NCBI RefSeq assembly: GCF_009914755.1
Contig: NC_060928.1
Source of the DNA: the human T2T-CHM13v2.0 reference genome, Homo sapiens
Length of the DNA stretch: 64,000 bases
Direction: 5' to 3' (one strand)
The notes below the pieces were generated by a model, which did no database searches, was not told where the DNA came from, and saw only the letters and a program-made list of their open reading frames with translations. Below, in pieces: positions 13,037 to 30,151 of this stretch (position 1 is the stretch's first letter; each line of letters begins with the position of its first letter). Position numbers and translations under genes: made by a program.

Positions 13037-14491
13037 TTTCTTTTTTGTTTAACTTTTATTTTAAGCTCAGGAGTACATGTGTAGTTTTGTTACATAGGTA
13101 AATTTGTGTCATGGGGTTTGTTGTACAAATTATTTAATCACCAGGTATTAAGCCTAGTATTCATTAGTTATTTTATCTGATCCTCTCCCAGCCCTCACCC
13201 TCTGACAGGCCCCAGCACATGTTGTTCCCGACCATGAGTCCATGTGTTCTCATCATTTAGCTCCCATGTATGAGTGAGTACGTCTAATACTGGATGATAT
13301 GCTTTGGCTGTATCCCCACTCAAATCTTATCTTGAATTGTAGTTCCTATAATTCCCATGTGTCATGGAGGGACCTGATGTAAGGTAATTGAATTATGGGG
13401 ACAGTTACCCCCATGCTTCGGTTCTCATGATAGTGAGTGAGTTCTCACAAGATCTGATTATTTTATAAGGCACTTTTCCTTCTTATGCTTGGCACTTCTT
13501 CCTGCTGCTATGCGAAAAAGGATGTTTTTGCTTCCCCTTCTGCCATGATTATAAGTTTTCTGAGGCCTCCACAGCCATGTTGAACTGTGAGTCAATTAAA
13601 TCTCTTTCCTTTATAAATTACCCAGTCTCAGGTATCTCTTTAATAGCAGTGTGAGAACAGACTAATACACTTGGTATTCTGTTCCTGTGTTAGTTTGCTA
13701 AGGATAATGGCCTCCAGCTCCATTCATTCCCTGAAAAGGACGTGATCTTGTTCTTTTTTATATGACTGTACAGTATTACATGGTATATATGTACCACATT
13801 TTCTTTATCCAATCTGTCATTGATGGGCTTGTAGGTTGATTCCATGTCTTTGCTATTGTGAATAGTGCTGCAATGAACATACACATGCACGTGTTTTTAT
13901 AATGGAACAATTTCTATTCCTTTGGGTATATACCCAGTAATGGGATTGCTGGGTCTAATGGTATTATGTCCTTAGGTCTTTGAGTAATTCCCACACTGTC
14001 TTCCACAATGGTTGAACTAATTTACACTCTCACCAACAGTGTATAAGTGTTCTTTTTCTCTGCAACCTCACCAGCATCTGTTATTTTTTGACTTTTCAGT
14101 GATAGCCATTCTGACTGGTGTGAGATTGTATTTCATTGTAGTTTTGATTTGCACTTCTCTGATGAACAGTGGTGTTGACCTTTTTTTTCATAAAATTGTT
14201 GGCCTCATGTATGCCTTCTTTTGAAAACTGTCTGTTCATGTCCTTTACCCACTTTCTAATGAGGTTGTTTGGTTTTGTTTCTTGTAAATTTGTTTAACTT
14301 CCTCATAGATTCTGGATATTAGACTTTTGTTGGATGCATAGTTTGCAAAAATTTTCTCCCATTATGTAAGTATTTGTTTACTCTGTGATAGCTTTTTGTT
14401 TTGTTTTGTCTCTGTTTTTGTTTTGTTTTGTTTGTTTTTCTCTACAGAAGCTCTTTAGTTTAATTAGATCTCATATGTCAATTTTTGCTGC
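13037..14491 (-). mobile_element. 5'-truncated older L1PA (about L1PA11-16), interrupted by a THE1 LTR
   Basis: T-tail then GGTAAATTTGTGTCATGGGGTTTGTTGTAC 3'UTR. L1 ORF2 3' sequence resumes at 13670 after the LTR. Confidence 0.9.
13295..13669 (+). mobile_element. THE1 (THE1D-like) solo MaLR LTR nested in L1
   Basis: TGATATGCTTTGGCTGTATCCCCACTCAAATC...AGCAGTGTGAGAACAGACTAATACA; TG...CA termini; 375 bp. Confidence 0.92.
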
Positions 14492-14699
14492 TATATACCA
14501 ATAGATGTTGAACATGTATACCAATAGATGTTGAACCAACATCTATTGAACTAACTATACCAATAGATATGAACCAAATATATGAATACATGTTGAACAC
14601 ATATATAATTTTTTGGAACTTCTAATTAAAATTATAATCAAATTGAAGAAGAATAAAATTATTTAAATATAACAAAGACTTTACTAAAACAACAATTAT

Positions 14700-15680
14700 T
14701 ACCACAGATAGAGACACCAAAACCTTTTTATTTAAATTCAAAAATGATCCAGGGGTGCCCATCATCACCATTATTATCCAATATTGCCTCAGAGCTTATA
14801 GAAACTGCAATTAAGAAATAAAATAATATTTTTAAAATATAAAATAAATAAGACTCTTGTGGATGATATTCTATATATACAAAACCAAAATACTCTTGTC
14901 AAAAGATAAACTGATAGAATAAGATATACCGAATGCTAAATAACGAGTTAATGGGTACAGCACACCAACATGGCACATTATACATATGTAACAAACCTGC
15001 ACGTTGTGCACATGCACCCTAAAACTTAAAGTATAATAATAATAAAAAAAGATGACAAATTGCTTGAACATTTAATAAAAATCAGGAATTGAAGTTTCTA
15101 AGTAAGGAACCAATTTCTAAGTTAGTAATGAACTTTCAGCAAAAGAAGGAAGCAAAATAGTTTTTCATTCATATTAGCTACAAAAATTATAAAATGCACA
15201 TGAATGAATTTAACAGTAAGTGTATGGGATCTATATGTATAAAATCTTATTGAATGACATAGAACACAATAAGCCAATTAAAATCATATCATATTCTTGA
15301 ACAGAAAGCCTTATCATTAATATGCTAGTAGTTCAAAATTCATGAGTAAATGCTAATATAATTCTAGTAGAATCCCAATAGAGCTTGATTTCTGGGGAAG
15401 GAAAAAAAGAAGTTTGAGATAAACTGGTAGAAACAACAACAACAAACCCTTATAGCTTATATGGAAGACTGCATGCCTAGAAATCATCAAGAAATTTTGG
15501 AAAATAAAATAGTGAACAGAAACTTCCTTATCAGATATCACAACATATTATGGTGTCTCTAAATCAACACATTATTGACATTGAAACAGAAAAATAAGAC
15601 AGTGAAACAAACTAGAGGATCTAGAGCTAGACTCTAGAATATATGAAAACACAGCACATGGACACTGTTTAATAAATGAT
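14700..15680 (+). mobile_element. Old L1M ORF2 fragment, interrupted by a short L1PA
   Basis: Decayed RT-region text (AGGGGTGCCCATCATCACCATTATTATCCAATATTG; ATATTCTTGAACAGAAAGCCTTATCATT). Confidence 0.65.
14922..15050 (+). mobile_element. Very short L1PA (PA3-PA5-like) 3' terminus
   Basis: AGATATACCGAATGCTAAATAACGAGTTAATGGGTACAGCACACCAACATGGCAC...CCCTAAAACTTAAAGTATAATAATAATAAAAAAA. Confidence 0.92.
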
Positions 15681-18600
15681 AGCAATCAGCATTACTGTCT
15701 TTATGATCATCACAGTCATCAATACAGGATCACAGTTATCAGTATCATCAACACACCTTCCCAATGCGTGGTGCCTCACATTGAGTAAGCTCATAATCAA
15801 TATTGTTTGAATGGAATTGATACAAAAGGGAGACATCAATAATTAATTATATTACATAACATAAATGAACGTGAAGAAATATGTGGAACTTTTTGATGAG
15901 ATGTGATTATTTATAGATAAGTGAGAACACATATGAAAGCTCTTTGCAGATGATAAAGGACTATTTAAGTGTTATTTTTGACATTAGTATTATTTTATAT
16001 CCTGCAAGTTCAGAGGAATATGAAACAGTGATTTATAGTAATATGACACATACATTTTGGTAAATACACTAAATCATTGTTCTGTCTGTAGAAATAAGCA
16101 AGACTATTTTGCATTTCTACATATCTAGCCAAGCTTTTGCGGGTAAGGTTTCAGGGAAGGGATATTGTTAATGTTCTCAAGAAAATCAAATTTCTTCTGG
16201 TAAAGATGTATGTCCATTCACCTAGCTCCCATGAGAAAAACCCTGTGATTAGGTTTACTTTTCTTAATTGACCTCAAGGACCATACAAGCTCACACAAAG
16301 TAAGCTTAGACCTGTCTGCTTTATCTAGGTTTTGTTAGATGCTACCTCATCCCATAGGCATTTTCTCAAAGGGTACAAAGGAAAGTGGAATTTCTTTTAT
16401 TTCTGATCATAAATTACCTATTGTTGACTTTTCATAAACCCTGAGGTATTGTTTACAGGCTACGTTGAGTTTTTCCTTCTTGTCTTAATGGTCGAAAGTG
16501 TTTTAAAACTTTTTATGGTCTAATTTACCTTTACTGTTATTCCATTTCCTTAGAAGTCAGAGCACTAAATAAATTAGTGATGTGTTAACAGATGGGATCC
16601 ATCATAGCAATAGAGATTAGGAAGTGCGGAAGCTTACCAGCTAGTATTTAAGTGTCTTTAAAGTTTGTGAAGTCTTTATGCACTTTACATGGCATAATTT
16701 TGAGTAAAACAAGAGCTTTCTTTTCCTGTTTTGTTTCTCTTGAACTATGTGCAAACACTTAATGGATCAATCAGTTTGAAGCCTGTATGCTATCCTACAG
16801 AAAGAATACCTTGGCCGCCGTTAAGAAGGCTGTGTTCTTCACCTTTTGATGTAGAAGTGCCCTGCGTTTGTAGTTGGCAATACAGATCAAATAAAGGAAA
16901 AACTAAAACATCATATTACAAACTGTGACTCACATATTAATTACAAGTAAAACACACACACATGCGCACACACACACACGGGCACTATTCCTGTGTTCTA
17001 CACCTCTGCTTCAGATTGGATCTGATCTCAAAGCTCCATAACAAATGGAAATATTATAACCAAGTGCCTACAATGTGTCAGGCACACAATTACTTCCACA
17101 TGGGTTGTTTCATTTAATTTGTTCTAAATCTGTCATGTAAATATTATCACCCATTTTACCTTTGATAAAACAAAGATAAAACCAGAGGATTTTACATAAA
17201 TGTTCTAAAAATTATCTACAATTAAGCTCTGCTGCATTTTTTAATAAAAGTAGAATTTCAGTCTGAGTTGAGACCTCTAAAAAATATAATAGTTTTGAAC
17301 ACTCTCTTCTTGAAACTTAACAATAAATAATTATATGTTCATTGCTAAAGATACCGCTGCTGTGGAAGAATTGAGCATAATGTACAATATTTTACACAGC
17401 ATATTGTTTAATTGGTTGTGGAGACTCATTGACAATGTCCCTACAAAGTCAGCTTAAGAAGAAACAATTTAAAAACAATAAAAATAAAAAATGGTAAATG
17501 TTATTTTCTCATTTAATGGTAAATCATTTTTCTTCCTTTTATGGCAAGGGAAGGAAAATGATTCCTTAAATCTCTGTTACTTTGTTGCTATTGTTATTAT
17601 CATTATTGTTATCAATAAGAGAAATATTGGTTATTAAAATATTAATTGCCAGTGACATAAATGTAATAGAAACCTGTGTAAATAATAAAAAAAATTATTT
17701 GGCTTATATAACAGATAAGTTCAGAAATAGTTTTCAAGTAAGGCAGAATCTAGAGATCTGAAAGCTTTCAGCAAGGCTTTGAAACTTTCCCTCCATCTTC
17801 CAGTTCTCTTCTTTGTTGGTTTCATTCTCTGTATGACTCTGTCCATATAGGGGTATAGAGTTTTCTTCTAGCAATTCAAGGCTTAAATGGTCCTTAGTGC
17901 TTTGCTCTCAGAAAATTTCTACCATATATAGATATATATAGGTAGAAATATAAACGGATGATATGAGAGATAGAGATATGATATGATATATAAATATATC
18001 ACTGTCCACATTATATTCTGATTAAAACTGCTTGAATGTCCCAAGTGCACAGATGGTTCTGACAGGGATCAGAAGCACATAATGTGTGGATCTCATACAC
18101 ATTTCTGTGGAAAATTATCAGGTCTGTTCTTGAAACCAAAATAAAAGAGATAGATCTTAGACAGAAAAAGTGTTCCAAAAATGATGAAAAATATACATTT
18201 AATATAAATGCTTAAATTATACTATCTACATTTTTAATGCAATTTTTACGGTAACAGGTGTAAGACTAAATCTTCAAATCCTTTAATTTTCTTTTCCAAA
18301 TGCCTACATTATTTTGTGTGTAAATATATTTTAGATCTAACAATGCAGGACATAATGAGTAAATCTGGTAAGCCATGTGTTGGGAGGGAGGGGGAGGAAT
18401 GGGGAGACAAAGGTCCATGTAGTTAGTCACCAGTGAACATGCATTTAAGTTAGGTGGTCCGTTATAGAAGTTGAATTTGGAATGGAAATGCCCACACAGT
18501 TCCATTTTAGAAGTGTGCAAGGAAAAAATTATCAATCTGGAGACTCACATTAGGAAATCCAACAACAAAAAAAATTGGAAAATACAATGATGTTTAGTAA

Positions 18601-19622
18601 AAGGGTAGGAGTTTAGTGAGAGAAATATTGTACCAAAGAAAGCCATTTAGAAGGGTCTAATGTTAGGAGAGATTAGCAATCAAAGTTCAGAATTGTGTCA
18701 TTAAAAGGAGACCATAATCTTATTTAATGTTTATTAAAATGTTGAGAAAAATCATACTAGGAAATTATCAATGTGCGATGCTTATATGTCATTGTTAAAA
18801 TGAGTTTCCTGTCATTAAAATAAACACATGAAAGAGATCTTTAAAGGTAAATATGATGAGCCTTATTCTCCAATATTATTGCCCTCTTTTCTTTTTAAGG
18901 CTTTTCTAAGGACAGTATTAAGCTGTCAACATCCTCAACATATTTTTATGTTTCCTAAAAGTAGACTAATATTTGTCTCATGTAATAACTTTTTGTAAAA
19001 CTTTTTGTCACCTCAAACAAACCAAATAGCACCAATCATTCAAGGAAAAATTACCTCACTATTGTATAAAATTTGAAAGGAGACTTCCTATAGAAAGTAG
19101 ATGCCTTCTTAATAATTTTAAGAAAAACCTAAATCCCTTAAAGAATGTCAAAGCCTTTTTTTTCATTTATAGCTCCACAGACTAATATTGTGGCATATGT
19201 GGTATGTGATAAATATGTGTTATATACCTAAAATGCAAAAAATAGTCACAAAATTTTGGATTTTAGCACATTGCCTAGCATATGTGCCTTGTTTTTCTTG
19301 CTCAGAAGCAAGTGCCAGAATTCTGATAATATAATTATCTCAAATATTTCAGCACATGATTTTAATGAGCAAGACCATGGACCTGCAAAACTAAACCCTT
19401 TATCTCAAGTAATGGAGCTATTAATATTCAGGTTTTTTTTAAATTCATTTTCTTGTCCTTTAGAGAGACTGGCATTTTGTTAACAGTTTTAATGATAGAA
19501 AGAATTTCCTGTAACTTTTCTCTTAATTTGTCTCCAGTTAACAGCTTTGTAATTTACAAAGCCCTCTAATGCAAATTAAAAATAGTAACTATCTACATCT
19601 TTGATACAAAGAAAGGATAATA

Positions 19623-20134
19623 CAGGAAGTCTTCACTTAACATGGTCGTTAGGTTCTTGGAAACTGACTTTAAGCAAAATGACATATAACAAAACCAATT
19701 TTACCATAGGCTAATTGATATAAACAAAAGTCAAGTTCATACAGCATATTTTTGGTCACAAAAGCATCACCAAATTTCTAAATAAAGACCCCAAACACTT
19801 CTAATATCAAACATCAAAATAAATGTGAGCTACATATATACTTATGAAAGATTCATAAAAACAAGTAAGATAATTATTTCAGTTCAGAGTCACAGGTGGC
19901 AGGAGCCTATCCCAGTAGCTCAGGGTTGCAACGTGGGAACCAACCCTAAACAGAATATCATTCCATTGCAGGGTGCACTCCACACACAGAGCCACATTCA
20001 CTTCACTGGGACCATTTAGATACTGTAATGAACCTCACTGGACATGCACAGCTTTGGTATGTGGAAGGAAACTGGAGTACACAGAGGAAACCCATGTGGA
20101 GATAGGGAGAACATGCAAATTCAAGGACCTGCTG
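19623..20134 (-). mobile_element. MER6A-like TcMar-Tigger DNA transposon with both termini
   Basis: TA|CAGGAAGTCTTCACTTAAC...GGACCTGCTG|TA. TA target duplications at 19621-22 and 20135-36; internal text matches recalled MER6A, with an internal deletion near 20122. Confidence 0.8.
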
Positions 20135-23100
20135 TATGTCATAAGCTTCCTAATTGTCCATGCAATTCAGATTTATCAATTCTTTCATTCCATAGAAATT
20201 TAGTAAATAATTATTATATTCACAGTACAAATGCCTGCAATTTCAATACACTAAAGTTAATTGCAGGGCAAATCTGAAAGGGAAGATACTCAGACTAACT
20301 TACTTTGGTTTCTTCCGTCTTCCAGCTGAGAATCATTTTGAATAGAGAACTTCTCATACATTTTCACATTTTCATTTCCTTATCTGAAAGTGAGACCATT
20401 GGTGGCACTCTGCATTCTCTTTTGACCCAGATAATTTTGATAGCTTCCTTGATGATTCAAATTTGCTGCGTATAATTATTTGTTCAAGTTGAAAAGTTTT
20501 ACCTTTCCCTAACTGGCTATGAAAATTTATATAAGTACATGCTCATGTTTTTATGTGTGCATGATGGACACAAGTGGATTTAATTTGACACTTTGTTCCA
20601 AGATCTTGGGAGGATCCGATCTGCTGGAAACATGTATAGTGTATATGTCTAAATGTTGCCTGTAATAAGAAGGCAAAATCCTATAGAATAAACTTAGAAA
20701 ATAAGATGGAATTCCGAAAGAGGAATGTTAAAAGGCTCTTTCTTTTACCATTTTTGACACTTGTCCAAAGGGTCTGTTAAGATGATTGAAGGAGGGACAA
20801 GATGGGAAGTTGGTGTAGAAGATATTTTCTCAAAGCACTATTTATATAAGTGGATAAAATATGTACTCTTGCACATTCACCTTGGGGTGTGTGATTTTCC
20901 TCAGGATGCCACTGGCCATTCAGATATTTATCTTCACATTAACTCAGAACCATACGGGCACCATGACTTAATGTGAATGGAGGAGAAATCTCTTGGTAAT
21001 AATAGTGACTACAATAGAATTATGTGTGAAAGTTGCTGTGGAGTAACTGATTCTTTGAGAATTGGGAAAGCTCATAAGAGAAGTACTGTATTCTTCAGTG
21101 ATTAGAAGAAGTTTACAAGAAGAAATACTGAGGAGGCATATTTCAGATACAAAGAGTTCATCGTTTAGCACATCATACATATGATAAAGTCAAACTAAGA
21201 TGTAATAAATTTAAGGATGAACAAATTATCTACAGTTTTTTTCCATGAATGTAAACTCAAACCTCTATTTCAATAAACGTTTTACAAACATGTCCATGGA
21301 AATGGAATAAGAAAAGTCTGGATAGTTTCATGCCATTCATTACAATTATTAGAAAAAATAATTTCAAGAGAGCAGTGGTATAATTTAATAGCCAACTATA
21401 GCGTCAGATTCTCAAAAAGGAAGACCCAGTTTTACAGGACTTTTTAATAGAATCCACTGGAAATGTGAATCTTTTTCAAGACTATGTACAAAGAACTGTA
21501 TTCACCTCTCTCATGCAACTGTCCTCTAGTAATGACCCTTTTGCATTCCAGGACATTCTGCATCCTTGGACTTCATCAGCCTGACCTCATTTATCCCAGC
21601 TCACAGCTGTGTCCTGGCCCCTGCTCCCAATCACCTACCTACTGATATATTTCACCACTTTTTACTTACCCATTGAAAGCTTTTCTACTTTATTGCTCTA
21701 CCTTTGCATTACTGCTGCTTGTGACATCTTAACTTTAAGACCCAGTTTTTTCTATGGATCACTGCTTAACTCAGGCAATAAGCTAGAGAAAGGTATTCCA
21801 AAGGCATTCCAAAACTCAGCTATTATCCTCCATGGAATGTAACTAATTGCTACCTGTAGATAACATTTTCATTTTGTAAGAGTAACAATTTTTCAACCTT
21901 ATTACAGATTATTAAAACGGCTAAAATGTGACATTACAGTGACCTACTAGGGCATAATGGTTCAAACTAGCCACAGGAATGCAAAGCATATAAGACTATA
22001 AATTTCTCCAAGAATCTCTAGCTTACTTGTCTCTTGTGTTTCCTCTGCTGTGATTCTCACTCTCTTTGCAACAGGAGAACGTGTAATCATAAATCTGTGT
22101 TGGCTGCAGTGTCAAAGCAAGATTACACTGGGGGAAGAATCAAGTCCCTGCTCTATTGGAGCCGAGAAAGACAATAGCATCAATCTGACCCTTTTATAAC
22201 CTCATTGTCCAGCCCTCACTTGTCTCATCTCTGATGGAGAGTGAGAGTAGATCCACCTATCATGTTTTTGCCCAATAAAGTGGTATGTGTTTGCAGAACA
22301 TCTTGTTTTCATCTTATTCATATTTTGACTTGGCATTTATAGCAGTTGGGTAAAAAAAAAAAAAAAAAAAGCCACAGTCTGATTTGTCTGCAACAGACAG
22401 TCTAATTAAATTGGAGGGGAGGGACAGATGCACAAAACTGCTGAACTGCTCATAATACAAAACATGGCAGCTTCAGTTTGGAAAATCTGGCAAGATGGTG
22501 CCAACAATTTCTGCTCACTGAACTAGCTAAAGTATGTAATTATGTTAAGTTATCTTATTTTAATTCCAATTTCACATATATTTCTGATGCATTTGGAAAG
22601 AGCTTAGAAGGCTATTATTTGGGGTGTGATCAAAGAACTATATAAACATTCATAAATCCTGTAATGGCTTTCTGACTCAGTTTTTTAAATATTAATAATG
22701 TTTTTCAAAATAAATATTTATTCATAGGATTTTTTTCACCTTCAAATTATTTTTCCTATATGACTCAAAATCAACAACAGTTCTTCTCTGATACTTATGA
22801 ACTGTATGAAATCAAGAGCTCCAAATGTTGTTTTTATTATTGCAAACCTGAAGCAAACCTTTATAAATATGAACTCCTATGAATAGAAGCACAAACTGCT
22901 TGTGTCTCCAGTGCCAAATCCTTTCAGTTGAACTGTTTTACAATCTATACTTCCAGTATAATGCTGTTCTTTCAGATTGCTGTGGCCGTCCACGTTGTTA
23001 CTGTGAGAGTTTGCTAATCTAACATTGATCTATTTGTCCATTTCATCCTATGCCACTTTGTAACTCCCCAAAGTTACAAAGCCTGTAGGCATCACCATCT

Positions 23101-23339
23101 TTCAGTGTAAAAAGTACATTAACATATTTGTAGGTAATACACGTTTTACATAAAATATACTTTTCAGAATAATTTACAAGTTGCATGCCCCTATCTGGAT
23201 GTAAAAATTTTCAAGAAATGATTGCTACAAAATAATTGATTTAAAAAATTAACTAAAGAGCTGATGACATAGAGACCCTAAAATAAACTCCAGAAAGTGC
23301 CAAACTCTTAATAGGCAAGAAGATATTTATGTACATTTT

Positions 23340-26099
<2,760 letters not shown>

Positions 26100-26867
26100 A
26101 ATCATTTTAAAAGGTATTATTAAGTCTAAGAAAAAAAAAAACAATGCACAGGAATAAAAAGTAATCATGGCATATCACAAGGCTCAGCTGGGAGTCAGTC
26201 ACATAATCATGATAGTTATAATAATGCAAATATTAATCTCACCAAGTTTACGGTATAAGGAAAATTGCAAGATCGGGAGATAGAAAAGCGGGGCTGGGGA
26301 GGGTATGATGGGGCTATACATGAAAAAGACTGGGAAATTAAATAATAATGCTAAAACTAAACAGTGGTAAATAGATAAAGAGAAATACTAAAAGAGTAAG
26401 AATTGTGCAGGTGGTTGCCTCTGTGAAGTGGGAAATGTGGCACAGGATTGTGGTTCCGCTGCTTCTAACAAAATTTTGGAACAATTTCTCTTTTTTTTTT
26501 CATGCAGAATATATGCAAACCTGCATTTCAGATAGCTATGTGGTATTTTAATTAGCCATTTGTTGTACAACTATTATATGATCAGTAGGTCTGGTAGCTG
26601 TATATATTTATTCATGGATCACTCTCTCAATTCATGATAGTCAGTTGTGTGTCCTGCTGAAAGTTGTCACCTTGTCGGTCAGTCATCTTGCCTAATTCCT
26701 GGTAGCACCAGTCTCTGGGATTTAGGTATTCTGCCCTCAATTCATATAAATCTTTGAGCCCTATTTGAGAATGGACTATCAGGAACCATAATGTTGCTGT
26801 TTAAATTAATTTCAAGTATATCTCTACCTAGAATCTTACAGTGCTTTGCATCCTGTAATTTGTACGA

Positions 26868-27140
26868 TGGTAGTATAGCTTTGTGGTTAAAAATCTTGGG
26901 AATGGTTTAGAGTCTGCAGCTAGACTGTCTAGATTCAAACTTTGCCTCCAGAACTTACTGTCTTTCTGACTTTAGACAGTTACTTAAGCTGAGTCTTAGT
27001 TTATTGATTTATAAAGTGAGATTAATAGTACTACTTACCTCAACAGATTAAATGTTAACTGAAATAATCCATGTAATGAGCTTATTGTGGTACTTGGCAT
27101 TTAGTAAGTTCAAAAGAAGTGTTGGCTATTATTGTTATTA
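26868..27140 (+). mobile_element. Near full-length MIR
   Basis: GGTAGTATAGCTTTGTGGTTAAAA...AGATTCAAAC...TGGCATTTAGTAAG...GCTATTATTGTTATT. Confidence 0.8.
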
Positions 27141-30100
27141 CCTTCTCAGATCCAGGCTTAAAAGTATGGCATTCCCCCTAAAGTCCTCAGCTTCTTCAAT
27201 AGCTTGAACAATTTGGATTCCAGTATCCTAACTGCCTAGCAGCTTGGCGCTCTGGGGCTTTTATGCAAATGGGACAAGAGGGCTGTCTGTGGCTTTCCAA
27301 ACATCTCTAAAACAAGTATGCAAATTAGATTTAAATAGCCAGCATTGATTACATATGAAAAAATGATTCCAGCACCTTCTGTAAAAATAATAAAAAAGTC
27401 AAGATCATGATCAAACACAGTGAAAGCAAAGTAATTCCAACGGTGTGACTTTGGCTTTTTATTTAGATATATTTTAGTCCTGTATGACATTCAGGAAAAA
27501 AAACAAAATGAAACCTGGGAAGTATATAAAGAAAATAAGAATGAAAAATTCTGCATCAATTTGAAATAGCAGAATGAGAATAAACATCAGATTATAAGAA
27601 TAAAAATAAGGTTTTGTAGCTGTACGGATAGCAAAAATCCATACATATAACTAAAACACTCACTAGTATCAGATGTGGCTGCAATTTAATTGCCCTGCAT
27701 CCTTAAGAGTCTTGAGGTCCCTGAAATATTATAAAATATTTATCTGTTTTGCTCCTAATTTTTGTTTATTATTGTTTTATTTAAAACAAGACAGTGAGGA
27801 TAAGCAATGATGAATTGTTTAAATGACAGGATGCTAAATATCTAACAAACACAATTTTAACTTGTGTCAAGGTGTCTCAGAGGGTATTTTTGCACTTACT
27901 TAGATGCAGTTATAATTATTCATGATGTACCAGTAAAAGATGCATTATGACATTTTAAACTTCAATCACAACTCATCTGTTTAATTGCGTGTACACTATG
28001 CTACTGTGTAATAATAAAAGCATTTATTTGGCAAAATAATTAAAAATATGTTTTTTTCTCCCTTACTCATTTGGATCAGAATCCAAAAATCAGACTGAGA
28101 TGTAAATGAAAAGGGTACTTAGACTGCCATCTAGTACACATTTTTCTGTATAGCATTATTTCCAGAGCTGTTTGACTAACATCTCTAACACTGGAACAAA
28201 TATATGCCTAATCATAATTCCCCTTTTTTGTATTGAAAATTGTATGTGGCCATCCTTTTCACTCTTTGACCTAAATACTTCCCCTAACTATTGATTCACG
28301 AGTGTTTCAATTTGGATATCAGGTTACTAGTACTTCATTCATTTGGCCCAGTTACAGAGGTTCAATCTATTAGGAATTTTCTTCAAAGGCTTTATATGAA
28401 ATGTTCTTACTACCCAGTTATTTTCTTTTCTCAGAGAGTGTAGAAGGATTGGAACCAGGGGTCTCTCAGGATGCAACATGACTTGGAAAAGTATTTCTCT
28501 TTTTCAAGGAAAATACTTTATTTCATTGGCACATGAACTGTTAGACCGATGATTAAAATAAGTGGAAATATTTCCATTAATTGTTCTCCTAGAGTATGGC
28601 CTACTATCTATTTGTAAGCCTCCTGCCACATACCACATCGTTCCTTTAAAACGTCTGCTCTACCTCCAAGAGAATGAAGGAACACAAACCACAAGGGACT
28701 GGAAAACATGGAATGCACCCAAATATGGGCTAAAATGACCAAAACAAAGCAATATGTCAGGACTCACTCCGAATACCTTTAACACTGGCATTAAAACTGG
28801 ATCAGTAAATGTTCTAACTTGGTGTTACGTAAGAATAGGCTAGCATCCCAAGGTCATTTAAGAATAGAGCAGAAACTCTAGTCCTTTCACACATTCCTGG
28901 AGTTCTTGCAGAAAACAGAGATGTTCGACTTTGTCCAGGGTGAAAGAAAACCTCACTAAAGTGTGGATGAGTAATCTCAGGTCAGGTCAATACCAATCAA
29001 TTCAATTTATTTGCACACATTAATATTAAGTTCCTGTATGGCCCAGGAAGAGATTTTGGAGATAAAAGAATGACTAAGTCATGGTATATTTCATGACCAG
29101 CTCATCATATGTTGGTGACACAAACTTCAGGATTTAGAAAACCTTCAAAAGGCTATATTGTAGCTTAGTGAAAAATCCATCTTTGCAGATTTTCTACTGG
29201 AGTTTGGATAATTACTTGTCAGTTAGACAGCTGAAAAGATTTGTATATGGGAAGGACAGATATCTTAGATACCATTTAATGCATAATTCTCTGGTATTGT
29301 CATAAGTTGGGCCATTTCAAAACAATAAATAAATAAAGTAGAATATTGTATTTTGTTAAGAGGTATAATAATTTGTCTCAAGGACAAGGCTTTCAATAAT
29401 CAAGTAGCCTAAAGTATTAATGAATCAAGAAAAGAGCTTTTTTTTCAGTAATGCCTGCAGAGTAGAAAAGTAATGCCTAATCAAATCTCAGAATTACAAC
29501 TTAAATAATGGTAAAATAGGAGTACGTAACCATTTATTCTTTTTATCTTTCAATGTATAAGGTTTCTTGCTAATAATATTTTATCTGACTTCAGGATATT
29601 AAATTTGGAGAGAGATGTTCAAGATAACAATCCTATCCTATGTCTCCAAAATAATTTCAAGCAAAGCCCATTTCACTTTTGTAGCACCATCAACAACTTT
29701 CGTTCACTTAATGTCTTTAAATTTTTGACTTATTTTAATTTAAAGAACATGTGAAAATTTGAATTATAAAATAACACCAAATATTATGCATATTTTAAAA
29801 TGTAGGAAATTCAACTAAAGCTGGATTTTAAAAAAATGCTTTAATGTGTTTATAGCACAAAGCAAAATGAAAATAAATGAGCAAAGCATTCCATTTAATA
29901 AATATGAATTGAATCAAATTATATTATTCAGTACATTAATAGTACAAATTTTAATGCAATTTAGCCTCCTGTTTTCACATAAGATGCTCTCTTAAATTGA
30001 TGTAAATATAATAAACCTATACTTTCTTTTTTTCCCACTTCATCACCTCCATAAAGTTCTCTTTACCTCCACTAAGAGGCAATTATCTCTTAGTAGTTAG

Positions 30101-30151
30101 CAAACCACTCACGTCAGGCCTCTTTGCCTGTGTTTCCAGTTGCCTGCCTGT

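Noticed and set aside
28124-28137. CTCF-like TGCCATCTAGTAC (and a weaker one near 5530)
   Set aside because: Mismatches at core positions of the motif; too weak to call.
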